A stretch of 64,000 nt of DNA from NCBI RefSeq assembly GCF_902459465.1, contig NC_047083.1, positions 3,286,001-3,350,000 of the forward strand. The letters run 5' to 3'. Shown in pieces: positions 12,612-25,130 of the stretch. Both the position numbers and the translations under genes were made by a program. Each line of letters opens with the position of its first letter. Positions within the stretch are counted from its first letter, which is position 1. This stretch comes from Asterias rubens. Taxonomy: Eukaryota. The notes under the pieces are model-generated. The model saw only the letters and a list, made by a program, of their open reading frames with translations. It did no database searches and was not told the origin of the DNA.

Positions 12612-13257
12612 CTCAAGAGAAAGATTATGAACGAATAAAACTAAAACTATTAAAATGAACAAAGATGGCGCTCTGATCGAGTCAAGACGATCATTTTAAT
12701 GGAACGTTACAGAATTGGTAAGAAACAAAAATCGTGAAGATCACAGATTAACATAAAACTTACACGGTCTAATGATGATGATAGTAGAAAACATCCCTTG
12801 AAATATATCTGTCTGAAATGTCATATTGTGTTGAGAAATAAATAATCTTATTTCGTGTTTGGAGTTTATCGCTCAGTGAGCGTTTTATTCATTTTTCCTT
12901 TAACATCGATGTCATGCAAAACATTGTGAATCGGTTTTTCACTATTCTCTCGGGACCCAGATGGCCGATCGATCTCAAACTTCTACAGGTTTGTCTGCTT
13001 ATCTGGTGGATTACATAAAGCGCATACACTGACATCTGACGTCACACTTCGAGACTCGTGAAAACGCCAGAGATTTGCCCCTAGCCCTGGCAAGGTCATT
13101 TTCAAATTTCACCTGAATTCATATGCGGACGACTAGGGCCAATCAAAACACAGATACAGTAGTTCCATGCACGTTTATCCAATGAAATCATTGTATCCAA
13201 TGAAATCATTGTATCCAATGACATCACTTATTCTGAAAAGCAATTACCTGTCTTTAA

Positions 13258-13612
13258 AGGAACGTTACAGAATTGGTAAGAAACACAAATCGTGAAGATC
13301 ACAAATTAACATTAAACTTACACGGTCTAATGACGATGATAGTAGAAAACATCCCTTGAAATATTTCTGTCTGAAATGTCATATTTTGTTTGGAGTTTAT
13401 CGCTCAGTGAGCGTTTTATTCATTTTTCCTTTTGCATCGATGTCATGCAAATTAATGTGAATCGGTTTGGCACTATTTTCTTCGGGACCCAGATGGCGGA
13501 TCGATCCCAAACTTCTACAGGTTTGTCAGCTTATATATCTGGTGGATTACATAAAGTGCTTATACACTGCCAGCAATTGTTTTGTCAGCAAAACCAATTC
13601 TGTAATGTTCCT
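13258..13612. mobile_element. Kolobok-type MITE family C (TIR AGGAACGTTACAG); truncated copy at ~12698-13030, relative at ~34604-34770
   Basis: TTAA-flanked TIRs. Confidence 0.85.
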
Positions 13613-13799
13613 TTAACCTTGGGGATGCAGACGAGACCAGTCTACGGAGCGCTCAGATCATCTCCACATCAAGAATGTGACACGTCCAAACGTTGAGGCC
13701 CCCACCCCCACCCCCCCCCCCCAGTCGTGCAGTTTCTTGACAAGAACAGCATATATTATTGATACCGTTCTAAGGTCAATCTTTGTTGCAAACCCTTAA

Positions 13800-14283
13800 A
13801 GGCACTGGATGGACACTATTGGTATATTACTCAAATAATTGGTACAAACTTACTTTACTTGCGTAACGAGCAATCTTTTTGAGGTATGGCGGACACCATA
13901 GGAGGGGTGTACTGTTTGGTATGGGTAATACACAACACGTTTGCCCAAACCTTATATTATTGTTGTAGTTGGCTTATGTGGAGCGGTTGATAGTATTAAA
14001 CAAACGGCTCCCTCTAAAGTAAGTAAACGTAGTTTTTGAGGAAGAAGTAATTTTCCACTAAAAATACTATAATTGAATTAGAGACCCCAGTTGAACGCGT
14101 CTCGAATCCAAGCATTTGAAAGCACACAACTTCGTGTAACAAAGGTGCTTTTTCTTTCATTTTTTCTTGCAACTTCGAGGATCGACCAAAATGAGTCAAC
14201 ATTTTCACAAGTTTGTTATTTTATGCAAGATACACCAAGTAAGAAGACTGGTCTTTGTCATTTACCAAAGGTTTCTAGTGCCT
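13800..14283. mobile_element. Kolobok-type MITE family A (degenerate)
   Basis: TTAA-AGG...CCT-TTAA with family-A internal sequence. Confidence 0.75.
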
Positions 14284-14958
14284 TTAAAACGATCTGTATA
14301 AGTTGTTATCACGGGAAGATATCAATCATGGATAAACAATCCAACAAACTGGATGAAACCAGTTTCTCTACCGATCAAACAACTCTTTGTAGTAAACATA
14401 ATTTTTGGTAAACATGAGGTAGACGGACTTTGAAGCCACTTTGTTTACGATCACATGTTGAAACTTGGAACAGGGCTTTGGGTTCAACGGTTTCATATCA
14501 ATGGTACAACGAACTCTTACTATAAACTTAACGACAGCGCTTTGGTCTTGGGGGGGGGTAGACTTGTGGACAAGTCGTTAAATCGGCCCCACGCGCTGAG
14601 ATAGTGCTCTCGCGAGATCACTGCTCTCGCGCGAACTGATGGCTCCCCGATTTCGTTCAGTTCGCGACTATTTTAGCGGGTGGGGCCGATTTAACGACTT
14701 GTCCACAAGTCTAGGGGGGGGGGGGGGTAAGCTCATACTCACTGCGTACACAGCTTGCGGATATCAGAGTGCGCATTGTGTACTGAAAGCAATGCGTAGT
14801 CGCTCGTGCATCCGACAACAACGAAATAATAAATGAAAAAACAGGGGCTCATACTTTCGTAGAGTTCTAAGGCACAGATAAAAGACAAGCACGGCTAACT
14901 TTATGCTTACTGGAAAAGATAAACAGGTTTTTATTTTATTAAACAATCAAACGGTTAA

Positions 14959-15346
14959 AGACACTGGACACTATTGGTAATTGTCAAAGACCAGCCTTCA
15001 CAGTTGGGTGTATCTTAACATAAATGCATAAAATAACAAACCTGTGAACATTATTGAGCTCAATCGGTCATCGAAGTTGCAAGATAATAATAAAGAAAAA
15101 AAAAAAACCCTTGTCACACGAAGTTATATGTGCGTTTAGATGGTTGATTTCGAGACCTCAAGTTCAAAATCTGAGGTCTCGAAATCAAATTCGTGGAAAA
15201 TTACTTCTTTCTCAAAAACTATGGCACTTCAAAGGGAGCCGTTTCTCACAATGTTTTATACCATCAACCTCTCCCCATTACTAGTCACCAAGAAAGGTTT
15301 TATGCTAATAATTATTTTGAGTAATTACCAATAGTGTCCATTGTCT
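14959..15346. mobile_element. Kolobok-type MITE family A
   Basis: TTAA-flanked with family-A internal sequence. Confidence 0.85.
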
Positions 15347-15467
15347 TTAAAGATTGATGACAACTGTGGCATAATTATTTTATGAGATTAGTTATAATTA
15401 TGACAAGTCTTGAGATTTAAATTATATATTGTGATTACATGAAGTCATAAATAAGCTTGATGTTGTT

Positions 15468-15648
15468 ATAGACCTTATGCATGCATATATGGCGACATTT
15501 CAGTAGGGCGCCCTCATCTAGAGGTCAAAAGGCGGTTGTTCATTGGCCAATACTGTGCGCCGCGCGTACAAATCTGTGCGTCTCGAATGTTTCGTCACCG
15601 TTTTTCCTCTAAGATGGCGGCTGGATGACGTCAATGCATAAGGTCTAT
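15468..15648. mobile_element. MITE with TIR ATAGACCTTATGCA; second copy at 59819-59980 in the opposite orientation
   Basis: TIRs and two copies. Confidence 0.75.
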
Positions 15649-16445
15649 ATAAATGTAGATACAATCAAACTAACCTGTGAAAATTTAATTTTAAAATGTT
15701 GGCGTTTTGAAGATTTTTGCCGAAATAATTATGAAGCGGTTAGGTCAAAACAGAGTAACTGATTGTACTTCTTAGTGATTATTTATAACTTCAATTATTT
15801 ACCACATGCGAAACCAACCCCAAAAAATGTTAGAGACGAAGTTGTGTTGCTAGAGTAAGTAAAACAATAACGAAGCATGAAATACTGTATAATTCTTCTC
15901 AAATAATTCTAGTAATTTTTTTAAAGTTCACACGATCGTCGATATTCTATACACTTTATATAACACTTAAAATAACATTAAATTTAGGTAATGAGATATG
16001 CAATATAAGATATAAATATAGTATATAAAATTTATTTAAAAAAATCATTATAAATATTGCAAGTGTTTACCCTGATCAAATAATGGCAAATAATTAGACT
16101 TTATGAATAAGTACATTCATTTCAATCAATCTTCAAATCAATGCTTTAAGAACCCCGCCCCAGCCTCCTCCAGCACCACCACCACTGCCTTCCAAACCAG
16201 AATACAAAAAAAAAAAAAAAACAGTTTAAAAATAGAGGATTTGTTTACAATTGTTCAGGAATCATATTACTTATTAATAAAACGCATGGGCTTAATACCT
16301 GTACTGGGTCCAACACATAGTCTGCGTGTTAGATTGTGACTGCAATTGGGCTAAAACATAGCGTCCAGAAACCGTTTGACCGTATAGAAAATTGTTCCCT
16401 GTCGCAACTATCTAGATACAAAGAGCTCTGATTCTGCCACCATAG

Positions 16446-19400
16446 TTAAAGTCTTTCGACGCTGTACAGCTTTTCCCGGAGCACACGTATACGAGATCGG
16501 ACTTCGTCCCAGTCAATGTAGCCTCCTTCTAGCAATCGGCCACTTCCACTTTCAACCGTAAAAGAGTTGCGCCCATGCAACAGCCGTCTGTTGTTGAAGG
16601 TTATCACTTCACCTATAATGGAGACAAAGTGTGTGTCTTCATAATAAAAAATAATAGCCCGTTTTTATATAGCGCTTTTCACGCCCGAGCGGTGTCTCAA
16701 AGCCCTTCTGACATTATTACCCCTGGTCACTGGGCCTTAAATCATTATCAGCTCCCTGGGGAGTATACAGCCTGTGCGCAATATATGCGCTACTCGGCTA
16801 AACCAATCACAAGAACCATCTCTGCCCTCACAGGTACCCATTTACCCCTGGGTGGAGAGAAGCTATTATAGTTTAGTGTCTTACTGAGTGACACAAGTGT
16901 CACGACCGGGATTCGAACCCACACTCTGCTGAACAGAAGCATCAGAGCTTGAGTTCGGTGCTCTTATCCACTCGGCAACAGACCGAACTCAAGCTCTGGT
17001 ATTTCTGATCAGCAGAGTGTGGGCCGGGTCTGACCTTGGGTGTGATAAAACGCTACCAAATAATCAACTACTGTTGCATGACTCTATTATTAAATCTGTG
17101 AGTCTTGAGTTTTGAAGTGCAGGAAAATATTGTAAGTTTAAAGCGCCTTGAGCATCACTGAGTGACGGATGAGCGCTATAAGAAGCCTCTCTTCATAACC
17201 GCAGTATTAAGAATTTGTATACACATTGTATTATACTATTCACATCTGCTGCAATTCTTTTAACATAGTTTTTCACTCACATTAATTTTTAGAGTTTAAC
17301 TATTACCAACCCAAAACACACCCTTATGAGAGAGTAATAGGCGCTATAACTACCAAAAGTATACGTTGCCTTTAAAGGGAAGGTACACGTTTGGTAGTTG
17401 TCAAAGACCAGTCTTCTCACTTGGTATATCCCATCATAAGCATAACATAACAAACCTGTGAACATTTGGGCTCAATCAGTCATCGAAGTTGCGAGAAAAT
17501 GATGAAAGAAAAAACACCCTTTTTGGACGAATTTGTGTGTTTTCAGATAGGAATAAAAGACTTCTAGCTAGAAGTCTTTTATTATTTTAGTGAGAAATTA
17601 CCTCTTTCTCAAAAACTACAGTACTTCAGAGGGAGTCGTTTCCCACCACCTTTTATATTAATCAACAGCTCTCCAATGCTCGTAACCAAGTCAGTGTTTA
17701 AGTTAATTTTGTTTTGAGTAACTACCAAACGTGTACCTTCCCTTTAAAACAACTTTGGTTGATGTTGGCGCTTTATAAGTTCCCTTTGATTGATTGAAAA
17801 CAACTTAAAATTTAAATGATAGTGTTCCTTACAAAAAGACCTTTACCTTCAGATAGACGATGATGGACAACATTTTCTGGGAGATAAATGATGCGGTTAA
17901 ACTCTTTAATGGCCCTGTACATGTCAGTCACTCGGTCTACCGGCATTAGCATGTATGAAGCACGTATAGGATCGTTGTAGCGCATGCATAGTTCTCCACG
18001 AAGATCAAAGCTAAGAAAGAATACAATAAAGACATTGGACACTTACGGTAAACAGTATTGTCCAAGGCCCACACTTCGTGTATCACAACTTATATATAAA
18101 ATAACAAACCCTGTGAATATTTAGGTTCAATTGGTCATCGGAGTCGGGAGAAAATGACGGGAAAACATACCCTTGTTTCGTTTCGCCGTGTCATGACATG
18201 TGTTTAAAATAAATCCGTAATTCTCGATATCGAGAATTGATATTGTTTTAATATTTTCTCAAAAGTAAAGCATTTCATGGGATAATATTTCAAGGGAAGT
18301 CTTTCACCATTACCTTCTGTAAACCCTATAAGTTATTTGTAAATCTGTGAACTTTTAATTTGTGTTCTGTTCAGAAAGTGTCCAATAGCTTTAAAGGGAA
18401 TGATACCTTTAAAACTAACAAGCGGAAAGAAGTCGCGGAAGACTTCCGCCCAGCCACGGTAACTTATAAGGGCAGCTAAAAAGTCCAATCGGAACAGCTC
18501 CGCGCTGTAAACCTACCGCAACCGCGCTGTAAAAACGCTATGCAAACGTTGCGGAATTTAAGTCCAGGGCCTAGCTGTAAGTAGAAAATACTGCTTACAA
18601 TTTTTCATCAGCTTTTAAAGCAGAAAAGAGCAGACACCAGTCGCAAACTGTAAATGCGACATGGTAGTTTGACTGGTAACCTTATTCAGATAATCATAAT
18701 GTTGTTGTGCTTAGCTATTTTTTGTGCCTAAGCAGCTCTATGACATTGGACCCAGTTCGGAACGCACGGTAGAATTACACCAAAGTCAGTTACAGTAACG
18801 TTTCGTGTGGCACTGGCAGTGGTAAAAGAAAGTCCATTGAGAACAAAACTTACTCAATGTTTGGTCGAGCAAACTTCATATGAAACGGGTACCTATCAAT
18901 TGCAGCAGATCTTATATCCTTTACACCAAAGCCAGTTACAGTAACGTTCCGTGTGGCACTGGCAGTGGTAAAAGAAAGTCCATTGAGAACAAAACTTACT
19001 CAATGTTTGGTCGAGCAAACTTCATATGAAACGGGTACCTATCAATTGCAGCAGATCTTATATCCTTTGCACCAAAGCCAGTTACAGTAACGTTCCGTGT
19101 GGCACTGGCAGTGGTAAAAGAAAGTCCATTGAGAACAAAACTTACTCAATGTTTGGTCGAGCAAACTTCATATGAAACGGGTACCTATCAATTGCAGCAG
19201 ATCTTATATCCTTTACACCAAAGCCAGTTTACAGTAACGTTCCGTGTGGCACTGGCAGTGGTAAAAGAAAGTCCATTGAGAACAAGGCTTTAAACTTACT
19301 CAATGATTGGCCGAGCAAGCTTCATATGAAACGGGTACCTATCTGTTGCCGCATTCTTGTAATCGACAGGCACTGTGCTAAGCATCTTGTAGAGATCTGG

Positions 19401-21483
19401 ATACTCCTCCTTAAGTTGCTTCACTATCTTCCAGCCATCCACAAACTGATTCTCACCTCCTTTGCCCTTGGCTTGTTCAATACAGTGGAGAAGTTGCACC
19501 TGTGTATACAAAGGGAGATTTCACATGTTGATTATAACTGGGGTTGAACAAAGAAACATTGACCAGAGCGGAAATTGAAGCAACAACCCCCCAGACCAGA
19601 CATTAAACCCTGTCGGGGGCTCTACCAATATTGAGCTATATTTTTACCCTATTTTGTCAATATCTTAGTTCGGGGTGCCAGTCAGAAGCCATACAACATG
19701 AACTACCATGAACGCACATTGTCAGATCTGGGTCGACCTGGAAAAGCAACACACTTTATCAGACCTGGGTTGACCTGGGGAAGCTACTTGAACGCACTGG
19801 GTCAGACTTAGGTCAGACCTGGGTCGACTTGGGGAAGCTACTCGAACACACTGTTGTAGGACCTGCATGGGTCCACCTGGGAAAGCTTCTCAATTGCACT
19901 CGGTCAGACCTAGGTCGACCTGGGGAAGCTACTCGAACGCACTGGTGTCAGACCAGGGTTGACCCAGGGAAGCGTTTGAACGCACTGGTGTCAGACCAGG
20001 GTTGACCCAGGGAAGCTACTTGAACGCACTGGTGTCTGACCAGGGTTGACCCAGTGAAGCTACTCGAACGCACTGGGTCAGACCTGGGGAAGCCACTCGA
20101 ACGCGATGAGGCCAGACCTGGGTCGACCCTAGGAAGCAAACTCGAACGCACTGGGTCAGGCCTGGGCGTCGTCCAGGGGAAGCTAATCGAACACACTGAC
20201 TGGGTCAGACAGACCTGGGGTAACTTCAGGATTGGGGTCAGACCTGGGTCGACCCGGGAGGCTACTCGAACCCTTTTGTCGGACATGGGGAAGCCACTCG
20301 AACATTGGGGTCAAACCTGGGTTGAAATTACTTGAAAGGACTGGGTCAGACCTGGGTCGACCCGGGAAAGCTCCTCGAATGCACTAGGTCAAACCTGAGT
20401 CGACTCATGAAGCTAATTCAACCCCCTAAAAAGAACAGGCAGGGTCTACTTACATCTGGTGGGTGCTCATAGTAAGGCAAGTCCGAGTGAAGAACCAAGA
20501 ACTTTGACGTGTAACCTAGACTGCTAACATTGGATGGCCTACTCTCTACCTGAAATTCTTCTCTGAAATCAAGAAATAACGATTAATAAATTATTATTTT
20601 GTTGATCAAGCATCAAATGTATTAAGTTCTAGTGGTTTAGTAATTGGGGTGTGGGTTCGAACCCAGTCATGACACCTGTGCTCTGGGCACTACACTTCAC
20701 AAACAGTGTAAGGGTACAGGGAGCTGACAGCTGCGGGGTCAAACGGTGGTTTGTCAGGTCCTTTAGTTTTAAAATTGCATTTTGCCTTCGCGAGAAATAT
20801 TGAATAATTAATAGGGCCGAATGAAAAAATATACAGACACCAATGTTTGTATATGAATGACGATATACTAGTTTCTAATTTCATTGGCCTTTAAAACATC
20901 AAACAAATTTAAAATATAATAGCAAAAGGTTTAATTTGAATTACCCATAAATTGTTCGCCTGAAGAAAGCTACCCTGTCAGCTAACTTGCGGCATACACC
21001 CTTCTCAGTTGGAGCACCTCGCACCAAGGCAAGCCCTGTCGTCTGAATCGTTCGCAGCCACCCATAAAACTCTTCATCCGTTGCCAAGATAGCGTTGTAA
21101 TCAAACGCCTTGATGTTACCATTCATTTCAGCGCCCCACACATTAAACTCTGGGAAGCTAACCGGATCGACTTCAGACTCCGAGAAGCGCTGAGCATCCA
21201 GCCACTCAGTTTGAAAGGTGCTTCGGTGTTGATCGGGCCAAACAACCTCGAAACTCTTCCCATCCTTGGCGACCGACTCCGACGCAGGCACGATGTCTAC
21301 GTCAAGGTTAACAATCAGGGTTTCACGTTGAAGACACGAGGTGTTGTAACATGCTGCACATCTGCAGTTGTCCTTCAGCCAGACGTACGGGTACTTTCTG
21401 CTCTTGCCGTTTGACATTGTTACCTCGTACCATTTGTTGTCGTCATTTCGATGACAAACTTGAAGAAGAGTGTTATTGGCCAT
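16446..21483 (-). CDS. BBOX1: Gamma-butyrobetaine dioxygenase-like paralogue A
   Basis: Exons 20945-21483, 20454-20562, 19300-19499, 17847-18010, 16446-16612, phases consistent. Zn site WLKDNCRCAAC...WPDQH; Fe ligands HSD and LLHGR; GRLLEGGYIDWD. Confidence 0.9.
16625..16980 (-). mobile_element. tRNA-derived SINE, near full length
   Basis: B box GGTTCGAATCCC, central CTCTCCACCCAGGGGTAAATGGGT domain, and an AAGCGCTATATAA..ATTATT tail on the - strand. Confidence 0.8.
17376..17743. mobile_element. Kolobok-type MITE family B (TIR AGGGAAGGTACAC); other copies at ~10318-10683 and 49652-49957
   Basis: TTAA-flanked TIRs; internal similarity to family A. Confidence 0.85.
18781..19347 (-). repeat. 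146-bp tandem repeat made of the 3' end of BBOX-A exon 3, its donor and the start of the intron
   Basis: Period 146 (18785, 18931, 19077, 19223). The copies carry GTAAGT donors at 19145, 18999 and 18853. Confidence 0.92.
19711..20422. repeat. 43-44 bp minisatellite (about 15 degenerate units) in BBOX-A intron 2
   Basis: Unit approximately CAGACC(A/T)GGGT(C/T)GACC(C/T)(A/G)GGGAAGCTACT(C/T)GAACGCACTGG(T)GT. Confidence 0.9.
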
Positions 21484-21724
21484 GGTGTCTACAGAGTGGG
21501 CAAACTGCTTTTAAAAGAAAGGCCATGAATTAGGTAAACTTTAGTTCACTTTAACTTGTTTAAAACGTCACTGTAGTTAAGATTTAACATGCATGAGGGA
21601 AACAATTCCATCTGAAATACTCGCATAGCAGAAAAAGGGTTCATAAAATAAGTAGGCCTATTTCTTTGGTCCAGAGCAAGTATGGCTTTGTGTACCATCC
21701 AAAGGAAGCAGCAATAATTGTTAA

Positions 21725-22100
21725 AGGCCACTATCGCCACTATTGGTAATTACTCAAAATAATTGTCAGCATAAAACCTCAATTGGTAACGAGTAATGGG
21801 GTAATGTTGGTATATAAGACATTGTGAGAAACGGCTCCCTCTGAAGTGACGTAGTTTTCGAGAAAGAAGTAATTTTCCACTAATTTGATTTCAAGACCTC
21901 AAGTTTAGAATTTGAGGTCTCGAAATCAACCATCTGAAAGCACACAACTTTGTGTGACAAGGGTGTTTTAAATATTATTTCATAGTTATCTCGCAACTCC
22001 GACGACCAATCGAGCTCAAATTGTCACATAGTTGTTATTTTAAGCATGTTCATATACACCTGCCCAAGTGAGAAGACTGGTCTTTGACAATTACCAATAG
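21725..22100. mobile_element. Kolobok-type MITE family A
   Basis: TTAA-AGG left end with family-A internal sequence. Confidence 0.8.
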
Positions 22101-22769
22101 CGTCCTCTGTCTTTATTAAGTGTCTTGCTTTTCAACCTAACAACACTAGAGTATCGTCTTGAAGTCAAGACGGTAATTGTTAAGCGCGGTGTGTAGTTAC
22201 AGCGCGGTGTAGCTACGGGGACGATACACACACCCTCGATCCCAGTATGTGTGTGAGTCAGTCGCGCTACCACGACTGCATCGCACTGTGACTGTTGCAT
22301 GAACGGCAAACAAATAGGCAGCGCCTAACGACTTGTCATCAAGTCTAACTAGAGTGAGGACTAGGACTCAAACCCCGACTCAGAACTATCAGGCAGTACC
22401 AGAGCTCGAGTCTAAAATATTACAAAAAAGGCTCTGAATTCTGAGCACACATAACCGGGGAGGTTCTGCTACTATATACCCATTGATCTATCCACTTGGA
22501 TGAAGTCTGGTGTATTTGGCCCTTTTTATTCAAAGGGGCTAAAGCCATTGAGTACGTAGCCCTCTCCTACTCTAATGTATATAGGCCCCACACCCTCACC
22601 ATCCCCTGTGCTTGTTCCTACTGACACAGTTCAGTGAGTACACACCCCCCCCCCCACACACACACTACCCAAGGCTCCACAGAGCCACGCATCATCGAGT
22701 TCAACTTCCCGCCTTCGAGCATCACCAAGCTGATCCGCCGCCCAGTACTTAAGCAGCATGCAGCATCAG

Positions 22770-22935
22770 CATTCTCCAGAAGACGATCAGAGCATACTGA
22801 TCGAAACGTCGAGTTAAACCAACGGTTCTTTTCAGAACCACCTCAACTCATTAAGAGATCATTACTTGGTGTTACCGCAAACTCTTCTATATCTTATCTC
22901 CACCATGCAAAGTTTCAAATCCTACTAATACTCTA
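22770..22935 (+). mobile_element. Penelope-like element fragment with a minimal hammerhead-ribozyme-like motif
   Basis: CTC-CAGAAGA-C-GATCAG-AGCATA-CTGATC-GAAAC-GTC-GAG at 22774-22813. Confidence 0.6.
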
Positions 22936-23054
22936 ATGTAGTTGGGGTTTGTTTAGCAATCAATCATCTCAGTCCACGTTCGTGGAGAGTCGAGCTGACT
23001 ATTAGTGATCGAAATGGCCAACCTCTCATACTATGATTCATAGTCATACTTTAA

Positions 23055-23430
23055 AGGCAGTGGACACTATTGGTAATTACTCAAAATAATTATTGCCATA
23101 CAACCTTTCTTTGTGACGAGTAATGGGGAGAGGTTGATGGTATAAAACATTGTGAGAAACGGCTCCCTCTGAAGTGCCATAGTTTTCGAGAAAGAAGTAA
23201 TTTTCCACGAATTTGATTTCGAGACCCCAGATTTAGAACTTGAGGTCTCGAAATCAACCATCTAAACGCACAACTTCGTGTGACAAGGGTTATTTTTCTT
23301 TCATTATTATCTCGCAAAGTCGATGACCGATGGAGCTCAAATTTTCACAGGTTTGTTATTTCATGCATATGTTGAGATACACCAACTGTGAAGGCTAGTC
23401 TTTGACAGTTACCAATAGTGTCCACTGCCT
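23055..23430. mobile_element. Kolobok-type MITE family A, full length
   Basis: TTAA at 23051-54 and 23431-34; TIR AGGCAGTGGACACTATTGGTAA. TTAA target duplication with AGG termini is the known Kolobok/T2-MITE signature. Confidence 0.88.
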
Positions 23431-25089
23431 TTAATTTTAAAGCAATAAAGTGCGACAACTTATAGTTTATTTAATTCCAAAAGTAATTACATAATAATTA
23501 TAACTGGAACAGTTTATGGCGCCACCACTTTATTTACCTCAATAAATTTCCCCTTTTTGTAAAAATGAGAGTAAAAGTTGTGGTGCCTTACGGAAAGTTA
23601 TCCAGTAAAGGAACACGTTGCCTTGGATCGGACGAGTTGGTCTAAACAAAACTTTGTAACCGTTTCTTATAAAATGCATATGGTTGGAAAGATGTTGTAA
23701 AAGTAGAATACAATGATCCACACAAGTTTGCCTCGAAATTGCGTGGTTTTCCTTTTACTGTGCGAACAACACGGTCGGCCATTTATGGGAGTCAACAATT
23801 TGACTCCCATATGGCCGACCGTGTTAGTCGACGAGGTAAAAGGAAAACCTTATAATTTCGAGGCATGTTTGTGTGGATCATTGTATTCTACTTTTACAAC
23901 ATCTTTCCAACCATATGCATTTTATAACAAACGGTTAAAAACGCTTTTCAAAGACCAACTCGATCGATCCAAGGCAACGTGTTCATTTAATTAATGGGGA
24001 GAGAATTTACCTTTTAAGCCCTTCTTGATGACCTACCAAAGGTACGTCGACTACAGCAACAATCGTACAATTATGGAGATTCGAGTGTAGACACTACCGT
24101 ACATGCATTGGCTGCTGTATATTGCAATGCATTGGGGGGGGGGGGGGTTGCGTAACACTGTGTGAACACACACGAAACGCGGGTCGAAGGTTCAAGGTTC
24201 ATTTCAATTTCACAGCGTCGATATACAAACTCAAAACACTATACAACTTTACAGCATAGCCTACAGCAGCAATGACCTTGCTCCATGTGTTTACACTGCA
24301 GTATATTTCAAGATGAAAAAAGGTCTACCTCCATACGAACACGTTGCCTTGGATCGGACGAGTTGGTCTATAAAAAGCGTTTGAAACCGTTTGTTATGAA
24401 ACGCATAATATGGTTAGAAAGATGTTTAAAGATCCACACAAGTATCATTCAACATTGCACGGTCTTCGATTTACATCGCGAACTAACACGATCGGCCATC
24501 GATAAATGGACGACCGTATTAGTCGACGAGGTAAACAGAAAACCACGCAATTGCGAGGCATATTGTCTAGATCGTTGTATTGTACTTTTACAACATCTTT
24601 CTACCCATATGCATTTTTTAACAAACGGTTACAGAACGCTTTTCAAAGACCAACTCGACCGATCCAAGGCAACGTGTTCCTTTAATATAGAAACAGGTGC
24701 CAGAGCTGCGCAGGGGACCGAGGGTCCAGTAGCCCGCTCTCTTGAGCCCGTCCTCTAGGTCCCTGGATTTCTCCAGGGGCGAAGCACTTGGGGGCTGAGG
24801 GGCGTATCTCCTCTGGAAGCTTTTGAGGTCACTATAATAGGCAACTTTCAATTGCCTATAGAAAACTCCCCTTGTTGAAATAAAAATTAACATAAAATAA
24901 TGTTTGATCATAAGGTCATCCGTCCATGGATAAATAATAATTGCCTTTGACAAGCATAATGACTATAACTTTTTATAAGATATCGCGAGCAGCAGTGCAC
25001 CCAGAGCTAAGCTGACTTAGGGTGCAGATTTGTTTAGCAAGCGCCATGAGCGCCTGCATTGGCGGATACCGGCGCTATACAAGACTTCG

Positions 25090-25130
<41 letters not shown>

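Noticed and set aside
15140-15334. Recurrent [13 protein letters not shown]...KITSFSK (also near 2.0, 8.2, 23.1 and 40.0 kb)
   Set aside because: Chance open frame inside the non-autonomous family-A MITE, broken in other copies and with no transposase motif.
12612-16445. Exons 1-3 of a fourth complete BBOX gene
   Set aside because: A manual scan found no CxCxxC, HxDLPYY or GGENQFVDG coding sequence; a tblastn would be the decisive test.
19711-20422. CRISPR-like appearance of the 43-44 bp array and the 146-bp array
   Set aside because: Units are contiguous with no unique spacers, there are no cas genes, and the context is eukaryotic introns.
24285-24758. 157-aa ORF
   Set aside because: Mostly family-D MITE sequence.
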